Source: Candidatus Aenigmatarchaeota archaeon
GTDB taxonomy: Archaea > Aenigmatarchaeota > Aenigmatarchaeia > QMZP01
Reading direction: 5' to 3'
NCBI GenBank assembly: GCA_016185435.1
Contig: JACPNN010000005.1
Span: forward strand, 22,588 to 86,587
Length of the DNA: 64,000 bases
The translations under genes were made by a program, and so were the position numbers. The notes below the pieces were generated by a model. That model saw only the letters and a program-made list of their open reading frames with translations. It ran no database searches and was not told the DNA's origin. Shown here one piece after another: positions 28,675 to 39,484 of this stretch (within the stretch, counting starts at the first letter, position 1; the number at the start of each line of letters is the position of its first letter).

Positions 28675-30027
28675 CTAAAACAGCCCCCAACTGAAATATG
28701 CCATCCCAGCCATAATAAGTGCTCCAGCAATCGAAATCAATATCCCGGCCTTTATCATTTCCTTCACATGGATATATCCTGTGGAATAGGCCAAAGCAGA
28801 AGGCGGCGTGCCCATGGGGAAGATGAAGTCAAGGCTTACCCCTATGGCCGCTGCAACCACGAGGTTTGTCATGTCAACGCCGAGCATGCCTGACAGGGCT
28901 GTTACTATGGGTATCAGGACTGCTGATGCTGCAGTATTGCTGATGAAGCTTGTCAGGGCTATGCCGACAACTCCCATGGCCAGCAGCACAAAGAAATAAT
29001 GCTGGCCTGCCAGCGAGGAGCCGAGGGAAGAGGAGACAATGTCGTCCAGCCCTGATTTGTCTATGGCCATTCCCAGGGCAATCCCCCCTCCAATAAGTAT
29101 CAGGGAGTCCCACCCCACCTTGTGGAAATCATGTGTATCGATGAGCCTGAACAGGTAAAGCAGGATTATGGGAACCAATGCTATAATGCTGTTATGTATC
29201 CCATGAACACTTTCTGTAACCCAGAGAAAGACTGTCAGGACAAATATTGCGGCTACCTTCTTCTGCTCCAGAGTGAACGGGTGGGGATGCTTTTTTGTGG
29301 CCAGCTTCCTGATTTCAGGCCTGAAAACATGATGGAGTACGAGCCAGCATGCAATGACCATCAGGACCATGAACGGAAAGCCTCTCACGCCCCATTCGAC
29401 AAAGCCGAATGTTATCCCTTTTTCGGCCAGGAATTTCTGGGTGATGACATTCGGCGTGCTGCCTATCAGCGTGCCTATCCCGCCTATGGTCGCCCCATAG
29501 CCGACAGCAAGCACCATTGATTTGGCAAAGTTGGAATGCATCTTCTTTATCCTGTTTTTCCTCAGAAGAATTACGGCTATGGGCATCATGATTGCCGCAG
29601 CAGCGGAATTGCTCATCCACATTGAAAGGAAGGCAGTGACAGCCACTGTTCCCAGCAGAACGGACTTGGCCGAGCTTCCAAACCTGCCCAGCACCTTGTA
29701 ACCCAGATACTCATCAAGCTTATGCCTGCTCATTGCCACTGCTATGGCGAACCCTCCCAGGACAAGGACAACCACCCTGTCAAAGAACTGGGAAAAAACA
29801 GCATCTGCCTGGAATCCCCCGGCAATCACAAGAAGAAAGGCCACAAGCAGAGCAGTAGCCTCAAGGGGCATGGCCTCTGATATCCACAAAGTCATGGCAA
29901 GAAGCGTTATCGCAAGAGTAGCTCTAGCCTGCGGCTGGAGATCAATCGGGAGCACATAAACAAGCGAGAACAGCATAAGTGCAAGAAATATTTTTCCGTA
30001 GAACCATTTTCTGTTCACTTCTATCAC
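28675..30027 (-). CDS. DASS/SLC13-family anion (sulfate/carboxylate) symporter
   Basis: ~450 aa polytopic membrane protein with duplicated halves and the SNxAA-like hairpin motif (SNSAAAAIMMP / SNTAASAVLIP). Confidence 0.7.
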   Translation of the reverse strand: MIEVNRKWFYGKIFLALMLFSLVYVLPIDLQPQARATLAITLLAMTLWISEAMPLEATALLVAFLLVIAGGFQADAVFSQFFDRVVVLVLGGFAIAVAMSRHKLDEYLGYKVLGRFGSSAKSVLLGTVAVTAFLSMWMSNSAAAAIMMPIAVILLRKNRIKKMHSNFAKSMVLAVGYGATIGGIGTLIGSTPNVITQKFLAEKGITFGFVEWGVRGFPFMVLMVIACWLVLHHVFRPEIRKLATKKHPHPFTLEQKKVAAIFVLTVFLWVTESVHGIHNSIIALVPIILLYLFRLIDTHDFHKVGWDSLILIGGGIALGMAIDKSGLDDIVSSSLGSSLAGQHYFFVLLAMGVVGIALTSFISNTAASAVLIPIVTALSGMLGVDMTNLVVAAAIGVSLDFIFPMGTPPSALAYSTGYIHVKEMIKAGILISIAGALIMAGMAYFSWGLF

Positions 30028-30950
30028 TCTTCTTTATAATCTATATATACGCTCCTTCCCTTTACAAACTTCACAGCGGCCAGAGCTGCATTGCATCCCT
30101 CCCCTGCAGATTTCAGGGCCTGGGGATTTCCTCCCGTGCAATCACCGGCTGCAAAGATACCATCAACATTCGTCTTGCCGTCCCTGTCCACAACCACATT
30201 GCCTGCTGTGTCCATCCCTATACCGAGCCTGTTTGAAAAAGCAGAGGCTGAGGCCACACCTACAGCGATGAAAACGCCGTCAAGCTGGGCTTTTGAACCG
30301 TCTGCCATCAGAAGATTCCTGAAGAACCTGTCGCCTTCGAAAGCTGAAATTTTTCCTTCAGTGAAACCGATATTGTTTTCCTTCAGTTTTTTCAAAAGAT
30401 TTTCTGATATCTCAACTGTTTCATCATTCGAAAATATCGTAATATTTTTTGTATAGGACAGAAGCTCCAGAGCTTCTTCAGCCGCATAGTTCCCGTTACC
30501 AATGACAGCAACTTTTTTGCTTTTATAGAAATAGCCGTCGCAGATGACGCAGTAATGGACACCCTTCCCTACGAATGTCTCCTCATTCTGCAGGCCTATC
30601 CTCTTGTACGATTTCCCGCAGGCTATGACGATGGCCTTTGCTTCATACTCGTTTTCGTCAGAGGTTTTGACCCTGAAGCCTTTCTCCTGCCTATCTACGC
30701 TTACCACCTCCTTTTCAAGAACCGCGGCCTTATATCGCTCCGCCTGTCTTCTGGAAGCCTGCTGGAACTCTTCCCCCCCTATGCCCTCAGGGAAGCCGAG
30801 GTAGTTGAACACTCTCTTGGCCTTGGCCATATTGCTTTTGCTCGGGAATCCTAGAACAAGGGTTTTCATATTTGCCCTGGCAGCATACATGCCTGCCGCC
30901 AAGCCCGCAGGTCCGGCGCCTATGATGAGCACATCAAATCCCTCAGCCAT
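30024..30950 (-). CDS. thioredoxin reductase-like FAD/NAD(P)-binding disulfide oxidoreductase
   Basis: FAD-binding motif GAGPAGLAAG, second Rossmann motif IGNGNYAAEEA, redox CxxC (CVIC), C-terminal GDCTGG. Confidence 0.75.
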   Translation of the reverse strand: MAEGFDVLIIGAGPAGLAAGMYAARANMKTLVLGFPSKSNMAKAKRVFNYLGFPEGIGGEEFQQASRRQAERYKAAVLEKEVVSVDRQEKGFRVKTSDENEYEAKAIVIACGKSYKRIGLQNEETFVGKGVHYCVICDGYFYKSKKVAVIGNGNYAAEEALELLSYTKNITIFSNDETVEISENLLKKLKENNIGFTEGKISAFEGDRFFRNLLMADGSKAQLDGVFIAVGVASASAFSNRLGIGMDTAGNVVVDRDGKTNVDGIFAAGDCTGGNPQALKSAGEGCNAALAAVKFVKGRSVYIDYKEE

Positions 30951-32235
30951 CTTCCCACCTCACCTTCAGGAAATGGCTGGCGCAGGACATGCACGGGTCA
31001 TAGGCCCTTATCAGCTTCTCTATCTCGTGCTCTATATCATGCCTTTCCATATCCCTGGACAGAAGCTCCGGAACAAAAGCTTTTATGTCCTTCTCCATCT
31101 GTATCTGGTTCTGGGCTGTCGGTATCACAAGGTTTCCATACCTTATCCTTCCATCTTCCATGAAGGAAAGGAGATAGTAAAGAGTGCCCCTTGGGGCCTC
31201 TATCACTCCAACGCCTTCGCTTGCCTTCGGCTTTATGACAGGCCTCGGCTCCTGTTTAAAGTCCCACGTCTCCATGATCTCAATCGCATTGTCTATCGAA
31301 TGGAGCATTTCCACCGCCTGTGCGAGATTGTTGGAGTATATGTTGTCGGAAGGGAATTTGGCAACGGCTTCAGGCACATCATGCAATGTGTCAGGATGCA
31401 TGTTATGCCTGTTGAGGTTCATCCTGGCCAGAGCCCCTACAGTGTATTCTTTACCCTCGAACCTGAATCCTGTTGCCTGCGAATAGGGTATCACAACCCT
31501 GTTCAGGTGGTCCCAGTAATGCCTTTCAGGTATGCAGGTTCCCTCTGAACTCATTATCTCCCCCCTCATGAAATTGTAATTCTCATTGGCTATCCCTACA
31601 TAGTTGCTTTTTCTTGTGAAATTGAAGTCGGATTCAAGCAGAATATCTATTAATTCAGTGGCAAATGCCCTTACAGAATAAAGCTCTTCAATGGATTTTT
31701 TTATGCCATTTTTCTCAGGCAATTTCAGAAACCCCCCAACCCCGGAAAAAATGGGGTGTATGGCCCTTCCTCCAACAAGCTTACAGAGCCTATTTCCAGC
31801 CCCCTTCACGATGAATGCCTGCCTCACAAGATCCTCATCCTTGTCCGCAAGCTCCATGACAGACTGCACGCCAAAGATGTCCGGAAGGACAAAGATATAC
31901 AGATGCAAGGCATGGTCCCTTATCATCAGCCCATACATGTTCAGATGCCTCAGGGCCCTGGTCTGGTCGCTGGGCTTGAAATCCAGGGCATTCTCAACAG
32001 CCTCTGTGCAGCATGACAGGTGAGCCACGCTGCATGTCCCGCATATCCTCGAGACAAGCTGGGGGACAGAATTGAACATCTTGCCCCTTATGGCCTGCGT
32101 ATAGAACCTCTTGTTCTCCACTATCTTCAGCTTGGCATCCAATACTTCCCCTTTCCTGACCTTGATATACAGATCTGCATGGCCCTCTATCTTGCTCAGG
32201 TTTTCGATGTTGATATCAAAGCTGTGCTGGTGCAT
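30943..32235 (-). CDS. [NiFe]-hydrogenase large subunit (group 3-like, minimal)
   Basis: N-terminal RICGTCSVAH and C-terminal DPCMSCASH Ni-binding motifs, with a short C-terminal extension (cleavage substrate). Confidence 0.85.
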   Translation of the reverse strand: MHQHSFDINIENLSKIEGHADLYIKVRKGEVLDAKLKIVENKRFYTQAIRGKMFNSVPQLVSRICGTCSVAHLSCCTEAVENALDFKPSDQTRALRHLNMYGLMIRDHALHLYIFVLPDIFGVQSVMELADKDEDLVRQAFIVKGAGNRLCKLVGGRAIHPIFSGVGGFLKLPEKNGIKKSIEELYSVRAFATELIDILLESDFNFTRKSNYVGIANENYNFMRGEIMSSEGTCIPERHYWDHLNRVVIPYSQATGFRFEGKEYTVGALARMNLNRHNMHPDTLHDVPEAVAKFPSDNIYSNNLAQAVEMLHSIDNAIEIMETWDFKQEPRPVIKPKASEGVGVIEAPRGTLYYLLSFMEDGRIRYGNLVIPTAQNQIQMEKDIKAFVPELLSRDMERHDIEHEIEKLIRAYDPCMSCASHFLKVRWEDG

Positions 32236-32303
32236 TCTATCCTCTTCTCCGAATATATTATTGCTTATCTTTTCAAAGTTTATGCAAAATCTTATTAATC
32301 ATT

Positions 32304-32681
32304 TCAACCGCCCAGTGAACAGCCGCTCATCTGGCTCAGCTTTTCAAAGGTAAGAAGGCCCTCAGCCCTCTTTCCGTCCCTGAACTCCCATGTCGGGTAG
32401 CCTGTTATTCTTGCCTGTTTGCAGACTTCTGTTTGGGTCCTGTCGGCATTTGAGCATTCAATATAGTTCACTTTGCTCCAGCTCGTGCTGAACATCTTCT
32501 TCTGCTCTTCGCAATGCGGGCACCAGAAGGCCCCATACATCTTTGCCCCGCTGTCTGTCAGGCATTTTGCGAAGGAATCGTATTTGCCTTCTATATTTTT
32601 GTTCATGCTCAAAAATACAATGGCTGCAATTATTACCACCCCCGCTGTCAATCCAATCTGAATCTTTTTCTCAGTTTTCAT
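32304..32681 (-). CDS. membrane-anchored thioredoxin-fold protein (CPHC active site)
   Basis: N-terminal TM helix then WCPHCEEQK thioredoxin/DsbA-like motif. Confidence 0.6.
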   Translation of the reverse strand: MKTEKKIQIGLTAGVVIIAAIVFLSMNKNIEGKYDSFAKCLTDSGAKMYGAFWCPHCEEQKKMFSTSWSKVNYIECSNADRTQTEVCKQARITGYPTWEFRDGKRAEGLLTFEKLSQMSGCSLGG

Positions 32682-33214
32682 TGCTTACCCCCTTTTTCAT
32701 TGCTATCCCGGCCCACAATGCCAAACTCAATCAGATATTTATTCAGTATATTAAGAAAGCTTTCCTCAACTATGGGGCATCCGGGCACAGTCTCATCCAC
32801 CCTGATTATCTCGTGCAAAGGAGATACCTTCTTTCTGTAGGGGAATTTCCTGAGAATGGGCATAATCTCCCTCGTGGTCTGCTCATCGAAGAAATTCCTG
32901 TGGTTTGAGGGGGAGCCGTCAATAGCGCAGCTGCCTATGGCCACAACCCTTTTGCTGTTCCTCCTGATCTTCCTCAGCATCTTTTCCTCCTTGAAGCCTG
33001 ATATGGCCCCCTCCACAAAGGCCACATCAATATCCTTCACAACATTCTTCTGCTGTATAACCCTTGCATACTTGAACTCCACAAGGTCCCTCCACCTGAA
33101 AAAATATTCATTGAGAAGCTCTGTAAAAACAATGACGCAGCCCTCATCACCGGTAAATGAGAATACACCGACCTTCAGTTTCTTTTTCCCGTCGCCTTTG
33201 GCTTCCAGGACCAT
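32678..33214 (-). CDS. [NiFe]-hydrogenase small subunit (MvhG/delta-like)
   Basis: Fe-S ligating motifs GDEGC, GSCAIDGS and VPGCP. Confidence 0.7.
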   Translation of the reverse strand: MVLEAKGDGKKKLKVGVFSFTGDEGCVIVFTELLNEYFFRWRDLVEFKYARVIQQKNVVKDIDVAFVEGAISGFKEEKMLRKIRRNSKRVVAIGSCAIDGSPSNHRNFFDEQTTREIMPILRKFPYRKKVSPLHEIIRVDETVPGCPIVEESFLNILNKYLIEFGIVGRDSNEKGGKQ

Positions 33215-33331
33215 ATTTATTATTGCCCATTCTCCTTATATCCGCCCTCCCCAAGTGAGATGGACGCCTCCTGCAAATTCCAATCCTCTGCAGGAAGCAT
33301 CCATCACGGGTTAACATACAACGCAATATTA

Positions 33332-33656
33332 TCAAGCCGCCCTTCTTGTCTCTTCCCTTGTTCTCCCGTCTCTTCTGTAGGTTTCGAATTCTCTTGCAGC
33401 CCTTTCATCTGTTGCCCTCAGCAGCCTTGCGGCTTTTTCCCTTATTGTCGCTGTGTTTGTCGTCCTTAGGTCCTCCTCTATGTCCCTCGCTACATCCCTC
33501 GCTGTTTCAGCGCTTGCGCCGGCCCTTCTCAGAGCTTTCTCGATCTTGCTCCTGTCGAAGTCCTCTGCTCTCCTGTCCCTTTTCCTGACCCTTATCGTGG
33601 TCAAAATTCTCACCTCCTTCCGTACTCTTGCCTGAAACGGATTATATACGCGCATT
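33332..33656 (-). CDS. ATP-cone domain protein
   Basis: IRVRKRDRRAEDFDRSKIEKALRRAG matches the ATP-cone N-terminus. Start trimmed to MRVYNPF; a palindrome TTGAAAC-GT-GTTTCAA (33656..33671) overlaps the start, and a TATA-like tttttatag lies upstream. Confidence 0.45.
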
Positions 33657-34107
33657 GAAACGTGTTTCAAGGGTGCTATAAAAACTGTTTCACCCAAAAT
33701 CGGCCATAGGAGGCATTATGGTGCTGTGCATCGTATCTCTAATAATATTTGCAGTGCTGGGGATTTTCTCAGCCAGATACAGGCCTCTGGCCAAAGAAGC
33801 GTTCAACTGCACATTCAGGCTGGTGACCCTGAGGCCCTGCGAGAGCGGCCTGGACAGGAGGATAAAGATGGCCTTAGTCGTAAGAACCTCAAAAAAAGCC
33901 CCTTTTTTATCAGGCTTTGTCTATAAACATTTCAGCATTCTTTCCATGGTTTTCACGATAATATTTTTCGCAAGCCTTCTGATAGCCGCAAACGGCCTCT
34001 ACAACTACTTCATACACGGGTCGTGCGACCCGAATGGAGGAGTGTGCGTGCTGAACGGGGGGAAGTAGATTTTCTATTACTGATTTTGGCCTATTGTTTG
34101 TGGCCTA

Positions 34108-34920
34108 TCACTCTTTATCTCTGTACAACTTTTGGAGGTTTACCATTGCCGATGGCACAGAAAAAAGAACCACACCAACGAGCGCTATGAAATAAGCAAG
34201 CATCTTATTACTGATTTCAGCACTTTCATCTTGAGTTGGAAATACCATATTTCTACTCACATGCAAGCTTAATCTTTCTCCTTTGCTGTCAATGCCATCT
34301 ATCTCGAAATAAATTCTTTTTGTGTTTTCTAATGCGATGAACCATATTTCATTTTGCCTGTGAAAAGTAGTTGGAATATCATCTTTATCCGTCAGTGTTA
34401 TTGCTGCATCAAATTGCTGTAATTCAGGTTTTGTTACTTTACATATCACCCTATTACCTACTATATATTGCCCCCCAAACGAAATTTCGTTTTGTTGTGA
34501 CTCGTCAAGGCAGTCAATTACTCCTACAATTTGGTTGTTATTTCTATCTCTCAAAACCGAGTCCAAATTAGGTGGACTTACAGTATAATTAATTGCGATT
34601 GTTCCCACATAAAGAAGTACAAAACTAATCACGATAGTTAACGTAAACCATTTGTTGAATTTTTCGCCCAATTCATGAGCGAACTTCCTGAATTCATAGT
34701 AAATATATCCAACAATAATGGCTGCCAGAAAATGCAAAGCTATTAAAGAAACAAAAGAGCTTCCAAACATCGCTAAAAGCGAATTATGCCACATGTTGAA
34801 TGTGATGTTGAATCCATAAACAAAAACAATGGCAAGAGCAATAATAATAGCAAGCAACATCCATTTTCTCTGGATAAACCCAAGAATCTTATTTTTTTCC
34901 TTTTGAAACTTTTTAGACAT
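34108..34920 (-). CDS. integral membrane protein, hypothetical
   Basis: Four N-terminal TM segments then a soluble domain. Confidence 0.5.
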   Translation of the reverse strand: MSKKFQKEKNKILGFIQRKWMLLAIIIALAIVFVYGFNITFNMWHNSLLAMFGSSFVSLIALHFLAAIIVGYIYYEFRKFAHELGEKFNKWFTLTIVISFVLLYVGTIAINYTVSPPNLDSVLRDRNNNQIVGVIDCLDESQQNEISFGGQYIVGNRVICKVTKPELQQFDAAITLTDKDDIPTTFHRQNEIWFIALENTKRIYFEIDGIDSKGERLSLHVSRNMVFPTQDESAEISNKMLAYFIALVGVVLFSVPSAMVNLQKLYRDKE

Positions 34921-35308
34921 ATATAAAGTAAGGAAAGTTCAGAATATATATCTCCTATGTTGTGATTTTTTCTCCATTGTGTTCAAGGCAACAATATCCA
35001 TGACATTTTTTCACACATTTCTTGATGCCTTTTATATCCGCTTATGAAATTATTATATATTATGGGCAAAATTAGGACAATCCTTGGCCTCATCCTTATC
35101 GCCGCAGGCCTTGTCTTCTTCTTCATCCCGGCACAGACTCTGAAGGCCTATAAAATGAACCTTGTTCCGGATGCCATGCAGTGGATGCTTGCCGGAGGCT
35201 TTATTGTCATAGGCCTGCTTGTGATGCTGGCGAGATGGAAAAAATGAGAATCTCCCCTGATATCAGAGTGGCTTAATGCTTTTTAATTGAAGAACTTCCA
35301 ATCACTTT

Positions 35309-35920
35309 ATGACCCCTTCAAAAGGCATACACGAAATCCCGGGAAATGATGAATCCGGATTCATAGATTATGGGAAGAGAAAACTGCATTACAGAGGCTT
35401 TGAATTTTCTATTGATGATGCTTCTTCCCTGGATTTTTCCGGAACAATCTTTGAAAGCCTCAACAGGCTTCATGCAGCTTCCAAAGCCTTCTTTTCAAGC
35501 CTGACAAACGTGCAGATATGCCACTCCCTGTATGTGAAAAAGAGGCTCGTCGACAGATTCTATTTGATTTTATCCCCTTTCAGGGAAGCAGACGACTTCA
35601 GGCAGCTAGTTGATGAGGGTATTGTATTAGCAAAAGGAGAAGAAGGACTTGACAGAATAGAGCTTTTCATGGAAAATGCAAAAAGACATGTACCCTTACA
35701 GGAAGGCAGCATAGTGACCGGCACAATAGCAGCATACAGCCAGTATGATATTCCTTTTTTGAATCTGCCAACTACTTATGGCAGATACAAAATATATGTC
35801 CATGGAACTCCCACTGAATTATGGAAAGGGGAGAGGATAGAGGCTGCAATCACAGACGCTGAGGACAGAAATGGTCATGCTGTTTTCAGAAAAAGACTAA
35901 ATACTGACACATGGCCTTAA
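35309..35920 (+). CDS. hypothetical protein with C-terminal TRAM-like beta-barrel
   Basis: C-terminal GSIVTGTI...YKIYVHG...GERIEAAITDAEDRNGHAVFRK resembles TRAM domains. Confidence 0.4.
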   Translation: MTPSKGIHEIPGNDESGFIDYGKRKLHYRGFEFSIDDASSLDFSGTIFESLNRLHAASKAFFSSLTNVQICHSLYVKKRLVDRFYLILSPFREADDFRQLVDEGIVLAKGEEGLDRIELFMENAKRHVPLQEGSIVTGTIAAYSQYDIPFLNLPTTYGRYKIYVHGTPTELWKGERIEAAITDAEDRNGHAVFRKRLNTDTWP

Positions 35921-35999
35921 GATGCTGCCCATGTGAAAAAATCTTTCCGCGGCTTCCCAAGACAGCCAAGCTTTTAAGTTACCAAAAGGATAGCATCAT

Positions 36000-36677
36000 A
36001 TGACGGCTTTCCGCAAGAAGCTTGTTTCTGAAATAGGCAGGAAGCATATCAGCCAGCACCCTTTCTATCGGCTCTGGAAGGAAGGAAAGCTTTCCATAGA
36101 GCATCTCCAAACCTATGCCAAGCAGTATCACAAATTTGTCCGGAGCTTCCCGAGATTTGTCGCTTCTGTCTACTCAAGCTGCCACGATGCGGACACCAGA
36201 AGGAGGATCCTTGGCAATCTTATTGAAGAGGAGACCGGCAACTTTGAGAAGCCGCATGATGAACTGTGGCTGCAGTTTGCAGAAGCCCTTGCGGTTAAAA
36301 AGAAACATGTAATTTTATCAGAGGAATTCAAAGAGACAAACGAGGCAGTAAAAGCATTCGAGTCCCTTTCAAAAAAATCCCTCATAGAGGGGGCTGCATG
36401 CCTCCTTTCATACGAGTTCCAGATACCTGAGATTGCAAGGCTCAAGAAAGAGGGCCTGAAGAAATTCTATGGGATAAAGGGCAAGAAATCTCTCGAATTT
36501 TTTGACAAGCATCAGGAAGTGGATATAGAGCACTCAAAAGTGTGGCTCGATCTGCTGGAAAAATTTGCAAGGACAAAGGGCGACAGAAGAGCAGCAATAA
36601 AGTCCCTCAGGCAGGGCCTGGAAGCCCAGTGGCTCCTGCTTGACGGTGTGATGAAGAATATTGATGTTGCATGCTGA
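36000..36677 (+). CDS. TenA/PqqC-like (haem-oxygenase-fold) protein
   Basis: HPFYRLWKEGKLSIEHLQTYAKQYHKFV pattern of the TenA/PqqC family. Confidence 0.5.
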   Translation: MTAFRKKLVSEIGRKHISQHPFYRLWKEGKLSIEHLQTYAKQYHKFVRSFPRFVASVYSSCHDADTRRRILGNLIEEETGNFEKPHDELWLQFAEALAVKKKHVILSEEFKETNEAVKAFESLSKKSLIEGAACLLSYEFQIPEIARLKKEGLKKFYGIKGKKSLEFFDKHQEVDIEHSKVWLDLLEKFARTKGDRRAAIKSLRQGLEAQWLLLDGVMKNIDVAC

Positions 36678-38018
36678 CTACAGCCTGAAATCGTAAGGAA
36701 CTGTTCCAGAAACCAGCACTTCTGTCAACCTCTTTCTGCCCCCATAGCTTTCTGAAATATTGAGCTGCGAGCATGCTGACAGCTCCCCTATATAGCTCCT
36801 GCATTCCTGCTTTGTTATCCCGGCCTCTTCAACCCACTTCGGGTACACGAAAAGACTGTACCCCCTGCTGTTTTCCGGATACCTGCCCCTCACCTCTTCA
36901 GCCATTTCAGCTCCCCCCATCTTCCGCAGCAGCCACCCCACCTCCGTCCTGAAACGGTTTTCAAGGCCGCCCCTCCTCGCTCCATACCCTCTGGATGCCA
37001 TCTTTTCAAGAGATGCCGCAATCCCATTGGCCTTCCTTGGACTGGAGCTGTATGATGCCGATTTTCCAAGGAAAAGCATGCTTTTTGCGGCCTTATGGGC
37101 ATCAGGCACTTTGCCCGAATCCCTCTGTCTGCCCATCCAGCTGCCGAGATATAAGGGAAAAAGGCTGAACATTACTGATATTTTTCTGCCATTGTATTCG
37201 CTGGTTTCCAGTTCCGACAAGGGAAAATGTTCCTTGATGCGCCTCCTCTGCAGCATGTCCAATCGGCTGCCTTTAGCGCTCTTATATTCCACTTTCGTGA
37301 CAGCAGCCGGAAATCTGCCGAGGGAAAACATTTCCAGGAATCCCTCCCATCCGTTTCCAGCACTGAAGTGGAGATGCGGAGTGCCATGTTGTAGACCGGC
37401 AAATCCGTGCCTGTCAAAGAGCCCCTGGAAATACGCCGGCTCTTTGCCATTTTCAGGAACGAAAGCTATCCTATAACTCCCGCTCCCCTGCCTTTCAGCC
37501 AGCCCTTTCTTATCCAGCGCCTTGAGGAATGCCTGCTTTATCCCGCCCACAGGCGTGGCAAGCAGGCTGTTGGTACCAGGTGTAAGCTGCGTCCTGCACA
37601 TTCTTTCGTGCCGGGGCAGGATGCCTGCCAGCTGCACAAGCTGGGGATATATGTATGCTGTGAAGATATCATCGCCGTTTTTCATCCACCTGTGCCCCCT
37701 GACACAATAGAAGCTCCTGCTGGCGCTTTCTCCTAGGAGATACATTCTCCCTGGAGTTATTTCAATATCCTCAGGCCTGTACAGATCTGGCTCCCTCTCG
37801 CCACTGGCCCACCTTGATATTGTCGAATAATCAATTCCAGTGAGTTTCCTGACTTTATCATGGCTCTCTTTCAGCAATGCCCGGAAGAACGGCTCGAAAA
37901 ATGCAAACCTTCTGTTCTCCCTCAAGAACAGTTCCATGCCCAGGGATTTCTGGGCGTTCTCTCTTTCCTTCGGATTCAGCCAGTCTATATCCTCATACAG
38001 ATGCCTTTCAGATGCCAT
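36678..38018 (-). CDS. hypothetical protein (446 aa) with an HTH-like segment
   Basis: LTGIDYSTISRWASGE resembles the HTH of some transposase/regulator families. No catalytic motif recognised. Confidence 0.45.
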   Translation of the reverse strand: MASERHLYEDIDWLNPKERENAQKSLGMELFLRENRRFAFFEPFFRALLKESHDKVRKLTGIDYSTISRWASGEREPDLYRPEDIEITPGRMYLLGESASRSFYCVRGHRWMKNGDDIFTAYIYPQLVQLAGILPRHERMCRTQLTPGTNSLLATPVGGIKQAFLKALDKKGLAERQGSGSYRIAFVPENGKEPAYFQGLFDRHGFAGLQHGTPHLHFSAGNGWEGFLEMFSLGRFPAAVTKVEYKSAKGSRLDMLQRRRIKEHFPLSELETSEYNGRKISVMFSLFPLYLGSWMGRQRDSGKVPDAHKAAKSMLFLGKSASYSSSPRKANGIAASLEKMASRGYGARRGGLENRFRTEVGWLLRKMGGAEMAEEVRGRYPENSRGYSLFVYPKWVEEAGITKQECRSYIGELSACSQLNISESYGGRKRLTEVLVSGTVPYDFRL

Positions 38019-38096
38019 AGAGAGATATTTGGAAAAAAACTATAAATTCGCATCAGTGCAGTTGTTCTTGATTTTGCTCCAAAAAAGAGGAGGCTT

Positions 38097-39038
38097 TCAT
38101 ACGCCCAGCCTTCCTGTAAGGGCAAAAATTATCCCATACCCAATCAGGGATCCTGCAGTTATAAACGGCATCGCAGGATAGAACTTCCCTTTCCTTGCAA
38201 GCAGAAGGAGCAGCAGGAGGCTTGCCGCTGAAGTTGCGGTTATGACGAGGGAAAAGTTGAGGGAAGTCAATTTGTCAAAGCCATTCCTGAACAAATCCTG
38301 CATCACCACTGAGGAGAACAGCATGGGAAATGTTATGTCCCCTCCGCCAAGTATGGCAGCCTGATACTGCTTTTCTTCAGCCTCTCCTGTTTTATTTGCT
38401 TTCATGATTTTTTGGCCTGATATAGCGGCCTCCTTTTTGCTGCCCTGTATGGGCAGTGATATTCCCGGGAACAGCTTTGTCCTCATGCTGAACTTGGCCA
38501 TGCTCACCATATGCCCGGTCTTGAAGACCGCCAGGAAATCGTACACAGATATGACAAGCAGGAGCGCTACGACCCAAATGACATCGAACATGGGGAAAAG
38601 CAGGAGCACTATGCCTGAATATACCAGCACCTCTGCTATATTATGGACAATCGGATTGGGCCTGAACACCTTTACAGAGGCTATAACCAGGGCCACAATG
38701 AAGGCTTCGATTTGCCCCATGACAATGGAAAAGCTTATCCACATGGTCAGCAGGACTGCAAAGAAGAACCACAGCTTCCACAGCCTGTAAAGCCTGAACC
38801 TGACTATCAGGAGGAAAAGGCCTGTGGCGAACGCGATGCCAATCAGGATGAACAGAAGCGACTCAAAGCCTGTTGTCTCAGGCCTCTCGACAGGTATAGT
38901 TGAATAGGTGATGATCTTCTCCCCAGTCTCAAGGATCTTCAGTTCCTTTATGCTGGCATTTGCGAGGCCCAGCCCCACAACCTGCGAGAAAATGAATATC
39001 AATATCAGAACAAGGGTAATCTGCAGATTGTATTTCAT
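38097..39038 (-). CDS. presenilin/signal-peptide-peptidase-like intramembrane aspartyl protease
   Basis: Polytopic membrane protein with a YD motif (SVYDFLAVF), GxGD motif (ILGGGDITFP) and a PAL-like region (PFITAG). Confidence 0.55.
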   Translation of the reverse strand: MKYNLQITLVLILIFIFSQVVGLGLANASIKELKILETGEKIITYSTIPVERPETTGFESLLFILIGIAFATGLFLLIVRFRLYRLWKLWFFFAVLLTMWISFSIVMGQIEAFIVALVIASVKVFRPNPIVHNIAEVLVYSGIVLLLFPMFDVIWVVALLLVISVYDFLAVFKTGHMVSMAKFSMRTKLFPGISLPIQGSKKEAAISGQKIMKANKTGEAEEKQYQAAILGGGDITFPMLFSSVVMQDLFRNGFDKLTSLNFSLVITATSAASLLLLLLLARKGKFYPAMPFITAGSLIGYGIIFALTGRLGV

Positions 39039-39091
39039 AAATACATATCATGTTCAGTGTATTAAAAGCCAAACAAATATTGTCTGCTTCC

Positions 39092-39384
39092 TTTCCCCTG
39101 GAACCTCTCAAAAACAGTCGACAAAACCTTTTATTGGTTTTATAAGCCCAAAAGGTTTTATCCAAAAGATGTTTTTTGGGTCGAGCCTTTTGACGCTTAC
39201 GGTTCAAAAAGGGTCGCAAAAAGTTTTATCCAAAAACTGAACCCTTCTACCGTCCTAATCCCTTCTGAAATCTCTGGAATACAGTCGACAAGTCAATCCT
39301 GTACTTGCCTTCGGCAAGCCTTATGACAAGCGGTTTCTGGGCGAACAGCTTGGTGACATCTATATTGTACTTGCCCGGTTTAAG
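39092..39384. repeat. long direct repeat copy 1 (~231 bp shared with 40858..41088, plus a 68-bp internal insert 39168..39235). Includes an orphan 3' gene fragment (C-terminal 46 codons of the Zn-ribbon gene, minus strand 39247..39384)
   Basis: Near-identical alignment with 40858..41088. Copy 1 lacks the rest of the gene. Confidence 0.85.
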
Positions 39385-39484
39385 AGGCATTTGAATAAAT
39401 TGATTCTTCAAGAACATGCTTATGGCATCCGATAGCTTTATAAATATAACCTCAAATTATATTTTGTTAAAGAGGTGATATAAT

